Assembly: GCA_965153285.1 (NCBI GenBank)
Contig: OZ229110.1
DNA: 64,000 bases
Direction: 5' to 3' (one strand)
DNA from: Podarcis tiliguerta
Taxonomy: Eukaryota
Position numbers and translations under genes: made by a program. The notes beneath the pieces are model-generated. The model did no database searches and was not told where the DNA came from. It saw nothing but the letters and a program-made list of their open reading frames with translations. Below, piece by piece: positions 61,796 to 64,000 of the stretch; within the stretch, counting starts at the first letter, position 1; each line of letters starts with the position of its first letter.

Positions 61796-64000
61796 CTCCC
61801 AGGTTTCAGTTTTGGTGCTTTGCAAATGCCATCTGAAAAAAGGTTGATTTCCACTGCAAAGATCCTTCCCCTCCCAGCCATGCAATGGTATAGGAAGAGT
61901 ATTGTGTTGTGACACTACTGGTGCACTCAACCTTTGCCTCACCTAGACTATCCCCAAGAGGGCCTGACACTGCAATTGATGCTGTGCTGAAAACTTCTCC
62001 CACTTTTCCCCAAGCAATCTCTATCATAAATGAGAAAAGAAATTGCATTCTGAAATTATCAAAGTCATCTCCCTGGTGCTCTGCATTCTGCAGCCCCTCC
62101 AAGCATGAAAAGCCTATGTCTTCCCAGGCTGGGCTTTGCTGTAACCACAGGAAGCTGGGAGGGTTGTCTACCATGCTCCCAGATTTTAAGTTATTTTTAC
62201 TTTTAAAGAAATCAGTACACTTTAAAAAAAATGTATTAGGAAGCGCTTCCCTTAGAAACAAAGGGAAGAGCACTTAAAGCCAGGAGCCAGGTTGCCAGTC
62301 GCCCCAGCCTCAGGTAACTCCAGGAGGAGGAGACCATGGAGGAAATTTATCCCATGGGCCTTTTCAGATCAGGGAGGCTGCAGGGTGCTAGGGAAATACT
62401 TAATAGAAAGAAAAACACACCATATTCGTCTTTGCAAAATTGCAAATGCCTTTTAAGGCACATTGTGAATGAAGCAGAAAAACAGAAGTCTCTTTTTACA
62501 AGGGAAGAAATCTAAAGAAACTGGAGGGCATGTTTGAGCAAGCACTACCCAAAACACCTTTACGCTTCAGCCTGGATTTGCCTGCATGGTCACAATGGCA
62601 TCCGTGAGAACTTCTGCTGGTGCCCTCTCCCTTTGTCATGCTGTGGATGGTGAACTGCCCCCGCCCCACCTGTGGAAATTGCAGTGGGGGGAAAGAAAGC
62701 CACTCATGCTGAGTGCCTGGTTGTGTTAAATGGGGGCAAGAGAAAGGCACATTGTACTCATTTCTGTAAGAGAAAAACAACTTTCTGAATTTTAGAAAAG
62801 GCATTAAGGATGTGAAAGAAATGCCTTCAAACTGACACTCGCATCCAGATTTCATCAACGCTGCTCTGCCCTGCCACACAGGTTTCACCCTGGCTGGCCA
62901 CAGCTGGGTGTGGTCACACTGACATGCTTTTGGGCTATATTTAGCTCTAAAGAGAAGGGAAAAAATAGAAGGAAGGCAGGCAGTGCCACTAAGAAAAGGA
63001 CACGAGAGGCAGGAATTCGGCAGGTGCTAGGAAATTTGTTCATTAAGAAAATGTGACTAAATGCATTTTGGGTTTTTGAGCAAAACACACTTGGGGGTGG
63101 GGCAACACTATGAGTCTAACTCTGCCATGATAGAATGTTCCTTTTTGCTAGCTCTGGAGATTCAGCTAAGGCTGTTTGCAATGCAGACTCTTTCAAGCGT
63201 CAAATACATGGATACAGAGCTGATGGCAAGTTACTACAGCCTGCTAATCCCTGCAAAGGCATAAGCAGAAGAACAAACTCATGAAAGATGGCACCTCATC
63301 TTCTCTGAATAATCGCGTCCCTGATTAGTGCTCCCTTTGCATTTTGTTCCAGGAAAGCCAGGATCTCATTATAGAGGAGCTGACTTCCCTGCATTAATCT
63401 TTTCCCATTCTGGCCAGACCTCATAAGGAACGCTGTCTCTGCCACAATAGCCTCACTTAAGGCAAGCCATGAACAAGCAAGCCTGCTGGTGAACAGAACT
63501 GATTAACAGCAGGGCAGCTAGAAAAGAACAATTAAAAAAACTTTGGTCCTCTTTTGTAACGTACATGACACCAGCTTAATGTTACAATATTTTTTGCTCC
63601 TGGAATAAAAGGATATAAAGCTTATAATTGCTTGAGAAACAACATGTGAATAATTGAATGATAGTGTTTAAATAATGAGTTTGTTATATATTTGATAATA
63701 GGTTTTTTTATAATTATATATTATCAGTGTTGTGTTTTGTATCAGAGTATGTGTATATTAAAGAGGGGGGGGAATCTCAGCATTTTTGCTCCTTACCCAC
63801 AGCTAAGTCATGGTTTTCAGAAGCTGGGTCTCAACCTCATCACCCCTTGGAGAGGATCTGGTTCAGCTTATACTGGTTAAGTTAGCAGGCCTCAAGACTT
63901 CCCTCTTGTAATTCATTAGGTCTACAACTATAACAGGAAGAAACTTCCACCTCTCACATATCACCTCAAGGCACCACATTTATGCAGTTTGCATGAATCC

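Overview
This is eukaryotic genomic DNA from a squamate reptile, most likely a lacertid lizard judging by its repeats (Sauria SINE, Squam3-type SINE, BovB, L2, CR1). The window holds most of one + strand gene, B4GALNT4 (beta-1,4-N-acetylgalactosaminyltransferase 4, a LacdiNAc synthase). I traced 18 coding exons from 10976 to the TAA at 60020-60022. All introns are GT-AG with consistent phases, giving 3285 nt (1094 aa plus stop). By inference from the 20-exon human gene these are exons 3-20; I found no credible exon 1 or 2 in the window. The protein has the PA14 domain, a long low-complexity stem (1285-nt exon) and the GT7-type catalytic domain with DLH and WGGED motifs. A probable poly(A) signal lies at 61767. 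The introns carry many transposon remnants. The most unusual object is a young, CpG-rich, TA-flanked Tc2/mariner-type non-autonomous element (18400-19138) whose interior is mostly a 119-bp tandem array of double hairpins. I found no evidence for a novel protein-coding system. TE family names come from recalled consensus sequences, not a database search, and boundaries of degenerate repeats are approximate.
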